Positions 48,360 through 60,849 of a stretch of 64,000 nucleotides of DNA are shown one piece after another. The notes beneath the pieces are model-generated. The model did no database searches and was not told the DNA's origin. It was given only the letters and a program-made list of their open reading frames with translations. This DNA is from Eledone cirrhosa (Eukaryota): contig OZ024741.1 of the NCBI GenBank assembly GCA_964016885.1, positions 330,150,001 through 330,214,000 of the forward strand, given 5' to 3'. The stretch's first letter is position 1. Every line of letters begins with the position of its first letter. The position numbers were made by a program, and so were the translations under genes.

Positions 48360-49649
48360 CGAGGGGGGATCAAAAAGTTCGCGGAATTTTATCATAGCAA
48401 GAAAAAAATCACGTTAAAATAATATTAAACATGTCAGAACATTGTCACTGGGTGTTTACCTTGCTATTAGTCACTTGCAGTCAGTTATGCGCGGACTATT
48501 GTACAGTACTGACACTCTTTAAAAAACCTCTTTTTGGAACAATGGAAAATAGTTATTTTGAGATAAGATCGAATATCAAGTTTCTGGTGAAACTCAAATG
48601 GAAAGGGACACAGATTATGGAGGCTTTAGTTAAAGTTTACGGTACTACTGCTCCAAAGAAAACTGCTGTCTACAAGTGGATTCAGCGATTCAAACAAGGG
48701 AAAGACGACCTTGAAGACGACCATCGCAGTGGAATACCAGGAACATCGAAAAATGACCAAAAAGTTGAGGCTGCTCAGACTTTAATTGAAGAAGATCGAA
48801 GAACAGTTAATCAGTTAACTAAGTCTCTAGACATTTCATATGGTTCGGCAAATTCAATTCTGCACAATAATTTGGGACTAAGCAAGCTTTCAGCGCGATG
48901 GGTCCCAAAAGCGTTGCGCCCTGATCAGCTGATTCTTCGAAGTGATCTGTCTTTCAGGATATTAAACAAAATTGAAGTTGTTGAAGAGCATTTCCTGACC
49001 AGAATCATCACCGGAGATAAAACCTGGATCTACCAGTATGATCCTGAATCCAAACAGCAGTCAAAACAGTGGCTTCCACGTGGATCATCGGGGCCAATCA
49101 AGTTCAAATCTCAAAACTCGGATCAAAAAGTGATGGCCACCATTTTCTGGGATTTAGATGGGGTGATACTAATAGATTTTCTTGAAGGTCAAAGAACTTT
49201 GACAGGAGCTTACTATGCAAATGTTTTAAGGAAGCTGAGAGAGGCATTAGTCAAGAAACGAAAAGGGAAACTTCATGGTGGGATCTTGTTTGACCATGAC
49301 AATGCACCAGCGCATTCTGCGCGGGTTGCAAAAGAAGTTCTTCGAGAATTTCGATGGGAATTGCTTCCTCACCCGCCTTACAGTCCAGATTTAGCCCCAT
49401 CAGACTTTTTCCTCTTTCCAAAACTCAAAGAAATGCTAAAAGGAACCTGTTTTAGTGGTGTTGAAGAAGCTAAAAACACTGCCAACACATGGCTTCGAAC
49501 AAGGCCTTCAACTTTCTTTAGAGACAGCTTACGAAGCTGGAAGCATTGCCTTGTCAAGTGTATTGACCTGGATGGCAACTATGTAGAAAAATAAATTGAA
49601 GGTAAATCATATTTTCTGAAAAATTCCGCGAACATTTGATTCCCCTTCG
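48360..49649 (+). mobile_element. full-length mariner element (1290 bp, probably irritans subfamily)
   Basis: Imperfect ~30-bp TIRs CGAGGGGGGATCAAAAAGTTCGCGGAATTT / AAATTCCGCGAACATTTGATTCCCCTTCG with flanking TA. Confidence 0.95.
48542..49594 (+). CDS. mariner DD34D transposase, 350 aa, uninterrupted ORF
   Basis: WVPKAL, ITGDKTW, HDNAPAH, YSPDLAPSDFFLF. 34 residues between the last two Asp. Start placed at MENSYFEIR by analogy to mariner transposase length. Confidence 0.92.
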   Translation: MENSYFEIRSNIKFLVKLKWKGTQIMEALVKVYGTTAPKKTAVYKWIQRFKQGKDDLEDDHRSGIPGTSKNDQKVEAAQTLIEEDRRTVNQLTKSLDISYGSANSILHNNLGLSKLSARWVPKALRPDQLILRSDLSFRILNKIEVVEEHFLTRIITGDKTWIYQYDPESKQQSKQWLPRGSSGPIKFKSQNSDQKVMATIFWDLDGVILIDFLEGQRTLTGAYYANVLRKLREALVKKRKGKLHGGILFDHDNAPAHSARVAKEVLREFRWELLPHPPYSPDLAPSDFFLFPKLKEMLKGTCFSGVEEAKNTANTWLRTRPSTFFRDSLRSWKHCLVKCIDLDGNYVEK

Positions 49650-50494
49650 TATATATATATATAATGTATAACAATATATATATAATGTATAAACATATAT
49701 ATATATAATGTATAAACATATATAATATATATACATATATAATATATATACACATATATACATATATATATATATATACATATATATACACATAATATAT
49801 ATACATATATATACACATAATATATATACATATATATACACATAATATATATACATATATACATTATATATATATCCATAACATATATATATATATCCAT
49901 AATATATATATATATACATTATATATATATATAATATATATACATTATATATATATATATACATTATATATATATATATACATTATATATATATATACAT
50001 TATATATATATATATACATTATATATATATATACATTATATATATATACATTATATATATATATACATTATATATATATATACATTATATATATATATAT
50101 ACATTATATATATATATACATTATATATATATATATACATTATATATATATATACATTATATATATATATATACATTATATATATATATACATTATATAT
50201 ATATATATACATTATATATATATACATTATATATATATATATACATTATATATATATACATTATATATATATATACATTATATATATATATATACATTAT
50301 ATATATATACATTATATATATATATACATTATATATATATACATTATATATATATACATTATATATATATATACATTATATATATATATACATTATATAT
50401 ATATACATTATATATATATATACATTATATATATATACATTATATATATATATACATTATATATATATATACATTATATATATATATATATAAT

Positions 50495-50534
<40 letters not shown>

Positions 50535-50564
50535 CATTATATAATATATATATACATTAATGTA

Positions 50565-50764
50565 NNNNNNNNNNNNNNNNNNNNNNNNNNNNNNNNNNNN
50601 NNNNNNNNNNNNNNNNNNNNNNNNNNNNNNNNNNNNNNNNNNNNNNNNNNNNNNNNNNNNNNNNNNNNNNNNNNNNNNNNNNNNNNNNNNNNNNNNNNNN
50701 NNNNNNNNNNNNNNNNNNNNNNNNNNNNNNNNNNNNNNNNNNNNNNNNNNNNNNNNNNNNNNNN
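50565..50764. other. assembly gap (200 N)
   Basis: Run of N. Confidence 1.
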
Positions 50765-51012
50765 TGACCTCCGCCCATCCTGTAGACACCTGAAATATAG
50801 GCATTGGTAGCTTAAGAGAAACTTAAAAATAAGGAGTGACGCTCCATTTTGAACTTGTTTATAGAATTCTTCCTCCCTTTGTCACTCTAAATATAAATTA
50901 TAGCTTTAAAGAATTCCCTTCTCTTTCAACCAACAACCTCCACCCATCCCACTCCCCACCCTCTCCTACCACCAGAAAAGATATAAATACCACCATTTTT
51001 ACTTGGACAGTT

Positions 51013-51063
51013 AGCTTCCTGATGATTTCTCACGAATGAAACGGTTCTAGTCCTGTAGAAGCT
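51013..51063 (+). ncRNA. putative compact type I hammerhead ribozyme in a dispersed repeat
   Basis: AGCTTC-CTGATGA-tttctcacgaat-GAAAC-ggttctagtcct-GTA-GAAGCT. Perfect 6-bp stem I. Predicted cleavage after 51057. Confidence 0.7.
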
Positions 51064-51168
51064 CTTCTATATTAAAACTTTTATACTCTGCTATGTATTG
51101 AGTACCTTACTTACTGTGGTTACCTCCGACTCAACCCGGAATAACTTTATATATATGTGTATATATAT

Positions 51169-51278
<110 letters not shown>

Positions 51279-51513
51279 GTGTGTATAGTGTGTATATATA
51301 TATATGTGTGTGTATATATATATATATGTGTGTATATATATATATATATATGTGTATATATATATATATGTGTATACATATATGTGTGTGTATACAATAT
51401 ATATGTGTGTGTGTATACATATATATATATATGTGTGTTTATACATATATATGTGTGTATATATATATATATGTGTATATATATATATATATGTGTGTGT
51501 GTATATATATATG

Positions 51514-51546
<33 letters not shown>

Positions 51547-52022
51547 ATGTATATATATATATAATATATATATATATAATATATATATGTATATATATAT
51601 GTATATATATAATATATATATATGTATATATATATATATTATATATAATATATATATATGCATATATATATGTATATATATATATAATATATATATGCAT
51701 ATATATATGTATATATATATATATTATATATAATATATATATATGCATATATATATATAATATATATATGCATATATATATGTATATATATATATAATAT
51801 ATATATGCATATATATATGTATATATATATAATATATATATATATGCATATATATATGTATATATATATATATATATAATATATATATATTTATATATAT
51901 ATATAATATATATATAATATATATATATGCATATATATGTATATATATATATAATATATATATATATATGCATATATATATGTATATATATATAATATAT
52001 ATGCATATATATATATGTATAT

Positions 52023-52053
<31 letters not shown>

Positions 52054-52079
52054 GCATATATATATATATATATATTATA

Positions 52080-52111
<32 letters not shown>

Positions 52112-52766
52112 GTATGTATATATATATATATATATATGCATATATATATATATATATGCATATATATATATATATATATGCATATATATATATATATGCA
52201 TATATATATGTGTATATATATGCATATATATATGTGTATATATATATGCATTATATACATATATGTGTATATATATAATATATAATATATATATATATGC
52301 ATATATATATATATGCATATATATATATATATATAATATATATATATATATAATATATATATATATATATAATATATATATATATATAATATATATATAT
52401 ATATAATATATATATATATATAATATATATATATATAATATATATATATATATAATATATATATATATAATATATATATATAATATATGTATATATATAA
52501 TATATATATATATATGCATATATATAATATATATATATATGCATATATGTAATATATATATATATGCATATATATAATATATATATATGCATATATGTAT
52601 AATATATATATATGCATATATATATAATATATATATGTATATATATAATATATATATGCATATATGTATAATATATATATATGCATATATATATGTATAT
52701 ATATAATATATATATGCATATATGTATAATATATATATATTCATATATATATATAATATATACATA

Positions 52767-52832
<66 letters not shown>

Positions 52833-52847
52833 TATAATATATGCATA

Positions 52848-52894
<47 letters not shown>

Positions 52895-53168
52895 GCATAT
52901 ATATATTATATATATATATATTATATATATATATAATATATATATAATATATGCATATATATATGTGTGTGTGTATATATATATATATATATACACACAC
53001 ACATATATGTGTATATATATATATAATAGTTACTGTTAGTGCATCACTTATTCATTCATTCTTCATATTATATACAATATCACTGATAGGAATTACAGTG
53101 TTCGTAATATTAGCACAGGAGTTTCAGAGGCATTCTAGATGAAAGAGCATTGAGATTTTGTTAAGCCG

Positions 53169-53402
53169 TCAAGTCGTTAAAGAGCTGAGTAAATCACTCG
53201 GGTGCCCTGAGCTTGGTGAACATGTGGCTGCGGCAATTTCTCGGTACCTTGTCTCAGTTGGTTGGATGTGGCTGCTGCCATTTGCAGTTCCATGTGAATG
53301 GTTCAGAGGTGAATGGTCTTTGCGTGGTCCACTGACAAAGACACCACCTTGGCCACGCTGTCTGTTGATGGCATGACGATGCCGTGATTCATACAAGTAT
53401 TT
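53169..53402 (-). CDS. NFYA: NF-YA last coding exon (A2 DNA-binding helix and C-terminus)
   Basis: KYLYESRHRHAINRQRGQGGVF...SLTT*. TTGTAG acceptor, phase 0. Confidence 0.92.
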   Translation of the reverse strand, partial: KYLYESRHRHAINRQRGQGGVFVSGPRKDHSPLNHSHGTANGSSHIQPTETRYREIAAATCSPSSGHPSDLLSSLTT

Positions 53403-54324
53403 CTACAAGTAGAAAATTAAATGAAGAAACCTATGAAATAACAAGTAAAAATATATCATCATTAACATCAACACTAACCCTCTCCACCCCATCCCTTCCG
53501 TTTTCATAATTTATCTCCCTCTCCTATGAAAATAAAATTTACAGTTCACACTTATGCAGGTTTAGCTGGCCTACTACAGGTTTGTATCTCATAGCAATCA
53601 TTAGAAACATGCTAGAGTGGTCTCCATTCCCGAGAAGACCAACCTCTCTTATTCAGTCAATCTCAAAAGTAATGGAAAAAGTAATTAATAATCACCTTCT
53701 CCAATCCTCCCATGCCAATCTCTTCTTACTGAGCACTAGTATGGCTTTTGTACAATCGGTTCTAGTATATGAGTGATCCCTCACTCATGAGAAATTTGAT
53801 GAAAATATTGTTGTTTTACTTGTCCACATCAAAACAATGGACCATATCTAGCACTAGGTTCTCCTGGCTATGCTATCTATGTCATTTACACTTGACCACA
53901 TCTGGCAATAAAATCTTCTAGCTACATTCTTCCTCCTGCATATTAACAACTTACTTGCTGTCACTTCAGGGCTGTCACTACCATTAAGGTCAATAGGCTG
54001 CCCCCTAGTGCACTGCACAGACCTCAGAGGTTCATTACTGAACTTAAAAGGCTCACAGTTTTATGCAAATTTGTATAATTAATTTCCTGTGAGCAATAAA
54101 TAAATCACTAAACACCTTTGCCATGTAGCAATGTTGTAGAAATATCCAAAGTGGCAGAGAGAGTTGTATGGTGTTATGACCTATTTATTGATTTGGCGTG
54201 GGTGAGTGTGAACTGAGTAGTGAAAAATGAAAGCTTATTTTTTTCGTGTGATCAAAGAGAGAAGAATCAAAAACTAGGTTTATTAACTTATCAAACAGTA
54301 AGTTAAAATTATTAATATTTGGGA

Positions 54325-54530
54325 GATTACATACATTGTTGAGCTAGTCAAGGGAAATAAATATCCAGGTACACATTGTGGAGCTAGCTTATGACCCTAA
54401 ATACCCTGGTACACATTACAGAGCTACCCTACAGCACTAAATACACAGATACACATTCTAGAGCTATCCTAGGCTACTAAATATCCAGGCACACATTGTA
54501 CAGCTAACCTAAGGTACAAAATACCCAGGT
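54325..54530. repeat. 40-bp period minisatellite, about 5 copies
   Basis: AAATAYCCAGGTACACATT...GAGCTA units starting at 54361, 54401, 54441, 54481 and 54521. Confidence 0.85.
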
Positions 54531-54707
54531 GCTGGCCCTACTCACATGTGAAAATAATACACCTCTTCTCTCCTACACCCAGACATTATCCTCAAGCAAT
54601 TTAAGATACCTGGCATCAATAGCTCGTATTAAGTACTGACTTGGGCTGTGATGAATACTAGCATGGTACAATGGACGTTAAATAATGATGATGATGATAC
54701 TACTTAC

Positions 54708-54827
54708 CCGCCTTTCTTTAGGTATCTTGCCCAAAGCCTCTAGTTTTGCTCGGGCTTGTCGTCTTTTTAAAATTCGATGATACTGTTTAGCATTCACATA
54801 CAAAGGTTCTTCTCCTGTTTCTCCGGG
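54708..54827 (-). CDS. NFYA: NF-YA exon (A1 subunit-interaction helix)
   Basis: PGETGEEPLYVNAKQYHRILKRRQARAKLEALGKIPKERR. TTTCAG acceptor, GTAAGT donor. Confidence 0.96.
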
Positions 54828-55109
54828 CTGAAAGGATGACAACAACATCAATAATAATAATAATTTCTTTATTGACCACAAGGGCTGACATATTGGAGAC
54901 AACACAAAAACAGGATTTACACACAATCGTGTAAAAAGATTTAACAAATAACAATACAACAATAAAAATTTCCCCTACAGGGGGGATTACCGCCCAGGAG
55001 CGACTCAGGAACCCAACCAATCCTATGTTGCCTCAGGTGTCAGGTTGACACTTCGGCATGATATGCGAAAGAAGCAGAATTCAAAGGAAGTTTCAAATAA
55101 TCATTGTCA

Positions 55110-55462
55110 TCATCATCATCATTGTTACTTCTTTTTTCCACACTTGCAAACGTTAGACAAGTCCTCTTCAGCACAGCATCTCTCTCTACTTGTTGCATCC
55201 CTTCGTCATCTTTCTGAGTCTCAGCGATTTGAGATCAGCTCTCACCACCTCTGCTCTGCCCAGGTCTTCCTTGGTCTACCTCTACTGTGGTTTCCTTCCA
55301 CTGGATTTCCTGGCACTTGTGCACCCAGCGATCAACATCCATACATATCACATGTCCGTAGCAATGCAGTCTTCTCTCTTGCACACCACTTTGAATTCCT
55401 CTTAAACCCAGTTTCTCCCTCAGTTCATTCAAGCTCTGCCATTCTCTTACATTGCACATCTA
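55110..55462 (-). mobile_element. RTE LINE 3' fragment
   Basis: MCNVREWQSLNELREKLGLRGIQSGVQERRLHCYGHV. Confidence 0.75.
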
Positions 55463-55864
55463 ATGAAGCAAATAATAAAAAATAATAATAGTGCTTTCTA
55501 ATTCAAGCACAAGGCCAGCAATTTTTTTTTTGTGATGGTAGTGGTTTGGAGTTATAGGCGAAATTAAGTCCAGCAGGATTTAAAACAATAATGGTTTCTA
55601 ATTTTGGCACTAAACAATTTGGGGAAGGGAAGGGTGATTTATATGGACCTCAGTATTTGATCGGTACATTTTCTCACCCGCAGAAGTATGAAAGACTAAG
55701 TTGACCTCATTTGAACTCAAAAGGTAAAATTCCATAATTATATATTGCTCTAACAATTCTGCCAATCCACTGCTATAATAATAATAATAATAATAATGCT
55801 GTAACAAAAAACTAGTATCAACATCATCCAAAATGGTAATGTAATAATAAATGGTAATATAATA

Positions 55865-56215
55865 ATACTGTGGGATTTTACAATACACACTGACAGGACA
55901 ATCAAAGATATAATAAAAGATAAAAATAACAAAATGTGCTTCATGATAGACATGTCAGTACCTGCTGATTGCAATGTGTCTTTCAAAATATTTGAAAAGA
56001 TCTCAAAATACATAGATCTTGAAATAGAGATTGAAAGAATGCGGAGTATGAAGGCCACCACTATTCCAGTGGTAGTTGGAGCACTGGGCCTGATAATCAG
56101 GTGAACTGACAAACTCTGGATCACATGCCAGGTTAATCTTGTATAAAAGAAATTCAAAAAATCATACTTATTGGTACTGACCAAATTTTGTGAAGCACAT
56201 TGTCAATGTAATGTT
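55865..56215 (+). mobile_element. non-LTR element restriction-like endonuclease remnant (R4-like)
   Basis: CFMIDMSVPADCNVSFKIFEKISKYIDLEIEIERM...TIPVVVGALGLI. Confidence 0.7.
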
Positions 56216-57169
56216 GGGAGGGTAAACCACATTGTATCCATGGAGAAAAGATGCACTTTATCCATTATATATTTTGTAACAATTAGTTATCAATGGAGCT
56301 GAAAAATGTGTTATAACAAACCATCACCCACCCCATGCTCCTGTTTGAGGCCCAGTGGTATGTATATGAATATACAGATATCCACGGAAAACAATAATAA
56401 TGGTTTTGGAATTGTCTTTCTCAATTCTGTAGAGGATGCGAGAGAAAGAGTGAGTAAAAAAAGAGAGACAGGGGTGATGGAATATAAGAGAGGAAATAGT
56501 GAGGGAGAAAGAAGACAGAAAGAGAGAGGGTTAAAAGTTTTATTGAATTTAAAAAAAGGGAATAATTTGTTACAGCGAGTGATTTGGTTTCAGTCTTTCG
56601 ACTGGGCAGTGGCTATATGGGGAAGGAGAAGGGGCAATGTCTTAAAGAGTTTTAGCAACATATTGATCTATTTCTCAAACTATTACATTATGAAAGGAAC
56701 ACACAGAATATAAATGTATTTCATATAATAATTTATGCAGAGCTGCAATTATTATTTTCCAAGAAATTGACCACTGACTGGGTTACCTATTTTCTGAGCT
56801 ATGTTGGATACTACTGCTAATTATAATAATTTATACTTCATTTTATAAACCCTGTAAGGGTGAAAGGCAAAGGTAACCTCAGCGCAAAATTTAAAATAAT
56901 AATGATGATTTCAGGTGCAAAGCTAGACATTCAGGAAAGGGCTTAATCAATTAAATCTACTTCAGTATTTGAGTTGTATTTCACCAACCCAAATGGCTGG
57001 TAACTTTAATGGACGTTAGGTGGCACCAGAATGGCTATTCAGGTGAACATGATGGCTAGAGAAATGAAGACAGATCACACCTCTTAGAATTTTGTGATGC
57101 AAATAATTTAACCATGTGCAACACTAACTTTAGGAAACCACTTGATCACCTACCAATCAAAATGAAAAC

Positions 57170-57550
57170 TTAAATGAAATTTATAGCTGTGTAGATTTAG
57201 CTGACCTCCAAGGTTGTATTTCTTGGATGTGTTAATGATAGTGACCCCAGTCTTATGATGTTGTTGTTACAGCACACACCTATGTAGATTTAGCTGGTCT
57301 CAACAAGGTTGCATATTATATGAAGTTTCTTGGATGTTTTAATGATTGGAGCTCCAGTCCTATCATGCTGATGTTACAGCTCACACTTATGTAGGTTTAT
57401 CTGGCTTCCTACAAGGTTGCATCTCATAGGAGTTTTCTCAGGTGTTTCAATGATAGAAACCCCAATCATATCATGAAAAGCAACATAAAATGAAGTGTCT
57501 TGCTCAAGAACACAATGCATTGCCTGAACCAGGAATCAAACTTATGATCA
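57170..57550 (-). repeat. SINE with tandemly amplified ~100-bp tail
   Basis: Same units as 19878-20385, abutting CORE-like GTGTCTTGCTCAAGAACAC. Confidence 0.65.
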
Positions 57551-58068
57551 GGCAAACACATGGGGCAGCCAAAGTGATCCATTGACCAGAGTCAGTGTGC
57601 ATCTATCAGTACACCATTCCAACTTTTGTTGATTGGATTCAGTTTATCTTGAGTCATCCTCTTTGCCTCTTTTCCATGGGGGTACACATACGGGACCTGA
57701 TTAGAATGTCTCTCACTTGGGAGTTTTCTGACGTATCCCAACCAGCCAAGTTGATGCTTGCACATGATGTTAGACACATGTTGTTGGTGGGTTCATTCAC
57801 AGACTTCTTTGTTGGTGATGAAGTCATCACACCTGATGCCAAGGATTTTCCATAGGCATTTAAAAGTTTCTCTTGGCTGGTCTTCACACTTCACATCCAT
57901 ATATGAGCATTGAAAGCACATTACTGTTGTAAAATCTCACTTTGTTACAGATAATTAACATTTTAAATAATGGTATCAAGATGAAATGAAGGAAAAGTGT
58001 AGAGGTTAACTGAAAGGTTTCTGATACATACACTGATCATAGGTAAGTGAAAAGTTTCTGATACTTAC

Positions 58069-58130
58069 ATTGACCATAGGTAACTGCTGGCCAGCTATCT
58101 GCTGCGTTGGTAAATTTATCACTTGAATAC
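58069..58130 (-). CDS. NFYA: NF-YA 62-bp exon (Gln-rich region)
   Basis: GIQVINLPTQQIAGQQLPMVN. AAG acceptor, GTAAGT donor. Phases 1/0 link the flanking exons in frame. Confidence 0.85.
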
Positions 58131-59336
58131 CTTCAATATAACAGAAATTACAAATAATGTTTTCTGAATTAGGCACAAGGCCAACAATTTTGGGGAAGGA
58201 GAAAGTTGATTAAATCAAGCCAAGTGCATTACTGGTTCTTTACTTTATCAACTCTGTAGGAATGAGAAGCAAAGCTAACATCGGTAAGATTAGCTTTGCC
58301 TTTCATCTTTAAGAGGTCAATAAAATAAAGTTCCAGTAACACACAGGGGTCAATTTAATCAACTTCTCCTCTTCACAAATTGTTGGTCTTGTGCTTAAAT
58401 CATGATGACAAATAATGAAATGTCTTCTCTATAGATATTTATTTAACAAGGGACAATCAGTTCAACCTAAAATATTTGTACTCAGTTGCACTTATCAATA
58501 AAAACTCTTTCTTTCTAAAAGAATGTGATTAAGAGAAAGTGAGAGGAAAAAGAAAAAAAAAATGTAAAAGAATAAAAAAGAAAATAAGAGTTAGAAAGAG
58601 TGTAATAGAGAAAAAGAAAAATGTACTGCCAGTTTACCATACATTATATATAATACATATATATTTAACCCAGCCATAGAAAACTCACCAGACAAAGAGT
58701 CAACAGGACCTTTCAGTTGTGCCAAGGACATGGCAGCCTCCCTAGTGTTGGTGATTTACACGATAAACACACCAAGTAGATGCTGTAAAGTGGTTAGTGA
58801 TAGGAAGAGCATCCAGTCATAGAAATCTTGCCAAACAAAGGATTGGGAGGACCCTCCAGTTGTGTCAAAAACATAAGAACCTCTCCTGAGCATTCAATGG
58901 AATGTGAAACCGTACATAGACAAGACACAGATCCCTGGCCTACCTGGGAGATCAGTGGTTCCACTTCAGTACTGACAGTGTGTATAGACCCACCCAACTC
59001 TTACTAGCAAAGAAGGTGGACGTTAAAACGACAACAATGATGATGAAGCATTGTGAGATATGTAATAAATGACTAAGAAGTTTCAAAAACATTACTTTGT
59101 TTTGTTTTATTTGTCATCCTTTGTCCTTTATATATTTCTACTATACTGTACCAGCTTTCTGAAACTTATCAGTCATTTATAACATATCTGTATATTTCTA
59201 AATCATTCAACATATATGTATCCATACATGAAACGTATTGCCAACAACAGGACAATTCATTTAACCCATGCTAGCATGGAAGAATGGACGTAAAACGATG
59301 ATGATATATATATATACATACACACACATACATGAA

Positions 59337-59378
<42 letters not shown>

Positions 59379-59636
59379 GAAATGTATATATACATATATC
59401 ATGACTTGGCTTCACAAATAAAGATTATGAAAAGAGTGATTCACTTTGATTGCAGGCACACTCATGGCTGTTCACACCAATGTTGGACAAGCAGACACAG
59501 CTGCAGCAAAAAGTCTGGTTGGGGTTTCATGACTTGGTGTTGTGGTGAGATACACACATACATGAAATATATATATACCCTTGCAAGCAGGGAAGAGCGG
59601 ACGTAAAATGATGATGATATATATACATATATATAT

Positions 59637-60108
59637 CTTACACCTCTCCAAGACAATGTCACTGGACCGAGATCTTTGGCGCTACACAGTAATACAGAAG
59701 ACCCGCCTTACCTAAGTACAAAGTGAAACCTACTACAGTCAGTAGGCACCTCTAACAAAATACACCCCCGTCCCACTACCCCCACCCCATCCACACCACC
59801 CCTTTCAATGTAAAGTTATGTTGGTACCACAACATCCAGTCCGAAACAAATGAGGTTGTGTAGGTGTCACAACAAAAAAACACACAGTCCACGCTGTAAT
59901 GTGGCCGTGTAGGCAACACGGTAAAAACCTCCCAGTCCACACTGTAAATGTGGTTGGTGTTAGGAAGGGCATCCAGCCATAGAAAACCCGCCAGACAGTC
60001 CTATGCGAGCAAGACAACCACTCTTGCCTCAAGTGCGAAAACTCCCGTCCAAACCCATGCAAGTGTGGAAGATGGACGTTAAACGATGATGATGATGATG
60101 ATGATGAT
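59637..60108 (+). mobile_element. RTE LINE 3' end fragment
   Basis: Matches 6405-6888. Confidence 0.8.
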
Positions 60109-60500
60109 ATATATATATTATATATACACACGCATACATGAAGCGTATATATATATATACAAACATACATGACCTATAGTCATGAATATTGTGTAATGAC
60201 TGAAAGAACATGATCGCGAATACAGGCGACTGAAATGGGATTCTTCCAAAGTGTCTTTGGCGTAACGTTACTCGATAGAGTGCGTAGATCAGAAAGCCGC
60301 TACTTCTCTGAATTGAGAGATCACAGCTCCAATATTATGGGCATATGGTTAGAATGTCTCGGGAAAGAATTACTAGACAGATTTTACTGGCAAAAGAAAC
60401 CGAGAGAAGACAGAGGGGTAGACCCCGAGCAAGGTTGTAGGATAATATCCATGAGGAGAGGGTGGAGAAGGCTATGGAAAAATGAAGACAAGCTACTTAC

Positions 60501-60849
60501 CCTGAGGCAACTGTACGGGTTTATTATTGGAGTCTACTAAAACAAGAGATGGCTGTCCATTAACATTAACTTGATTGAGAAACAACATCTGTGGCAAACC
60601 AGAACCTGCAACATTGGAGACATTATTCTGTACGACAGACTGAGCCTGAATCACATTGCTCCCCTGTTGGGGTTGCTGTTGCACTATTGCCTGCTGCACT
60701 TGCACATTTTGCATCGGCACTCCGTTAGGTGATTGCACAACCAAAGGCACAGCTGTGTTGGTGATGGCGGCAGTTTGGGAAGACGCAGGAGTGGCGACAA
60801 ATGTCGAATTTGAGAGAGTTGTGTAGACGGCATTTGGAGACTCTGTTAC
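60501..60849 (-). CDS. NFYA: NF-YA exon (Gln/Ser/Thr-rich activation domain); upstream exon(s) not identified
   Basis: VTESPNAVYTTL...QVQQAIVQQQPQQG...KPVQLPQG. CAG acceptor, G|GTAAGT donor. In frame with downstream NF-YA exons. Confidence 0.85.

Noticed and set aside
48431-48541. 37-aa N-terminal extension of the mariner ORF
   Set aside because: Lies in the element's 5' region. Mariner-like sequence and typical length begin at the Met at 48542.
50457-50804. ORFs spanning the N run
   Set aside because: Artefacts of the assembly gap.
54325-54530. Regularly spaced 40-bp repeat resembling a CRISPR array
   Set aside because: Eukaryotic intron, units similar along their whole length with no unique spacers, and no cas genes.
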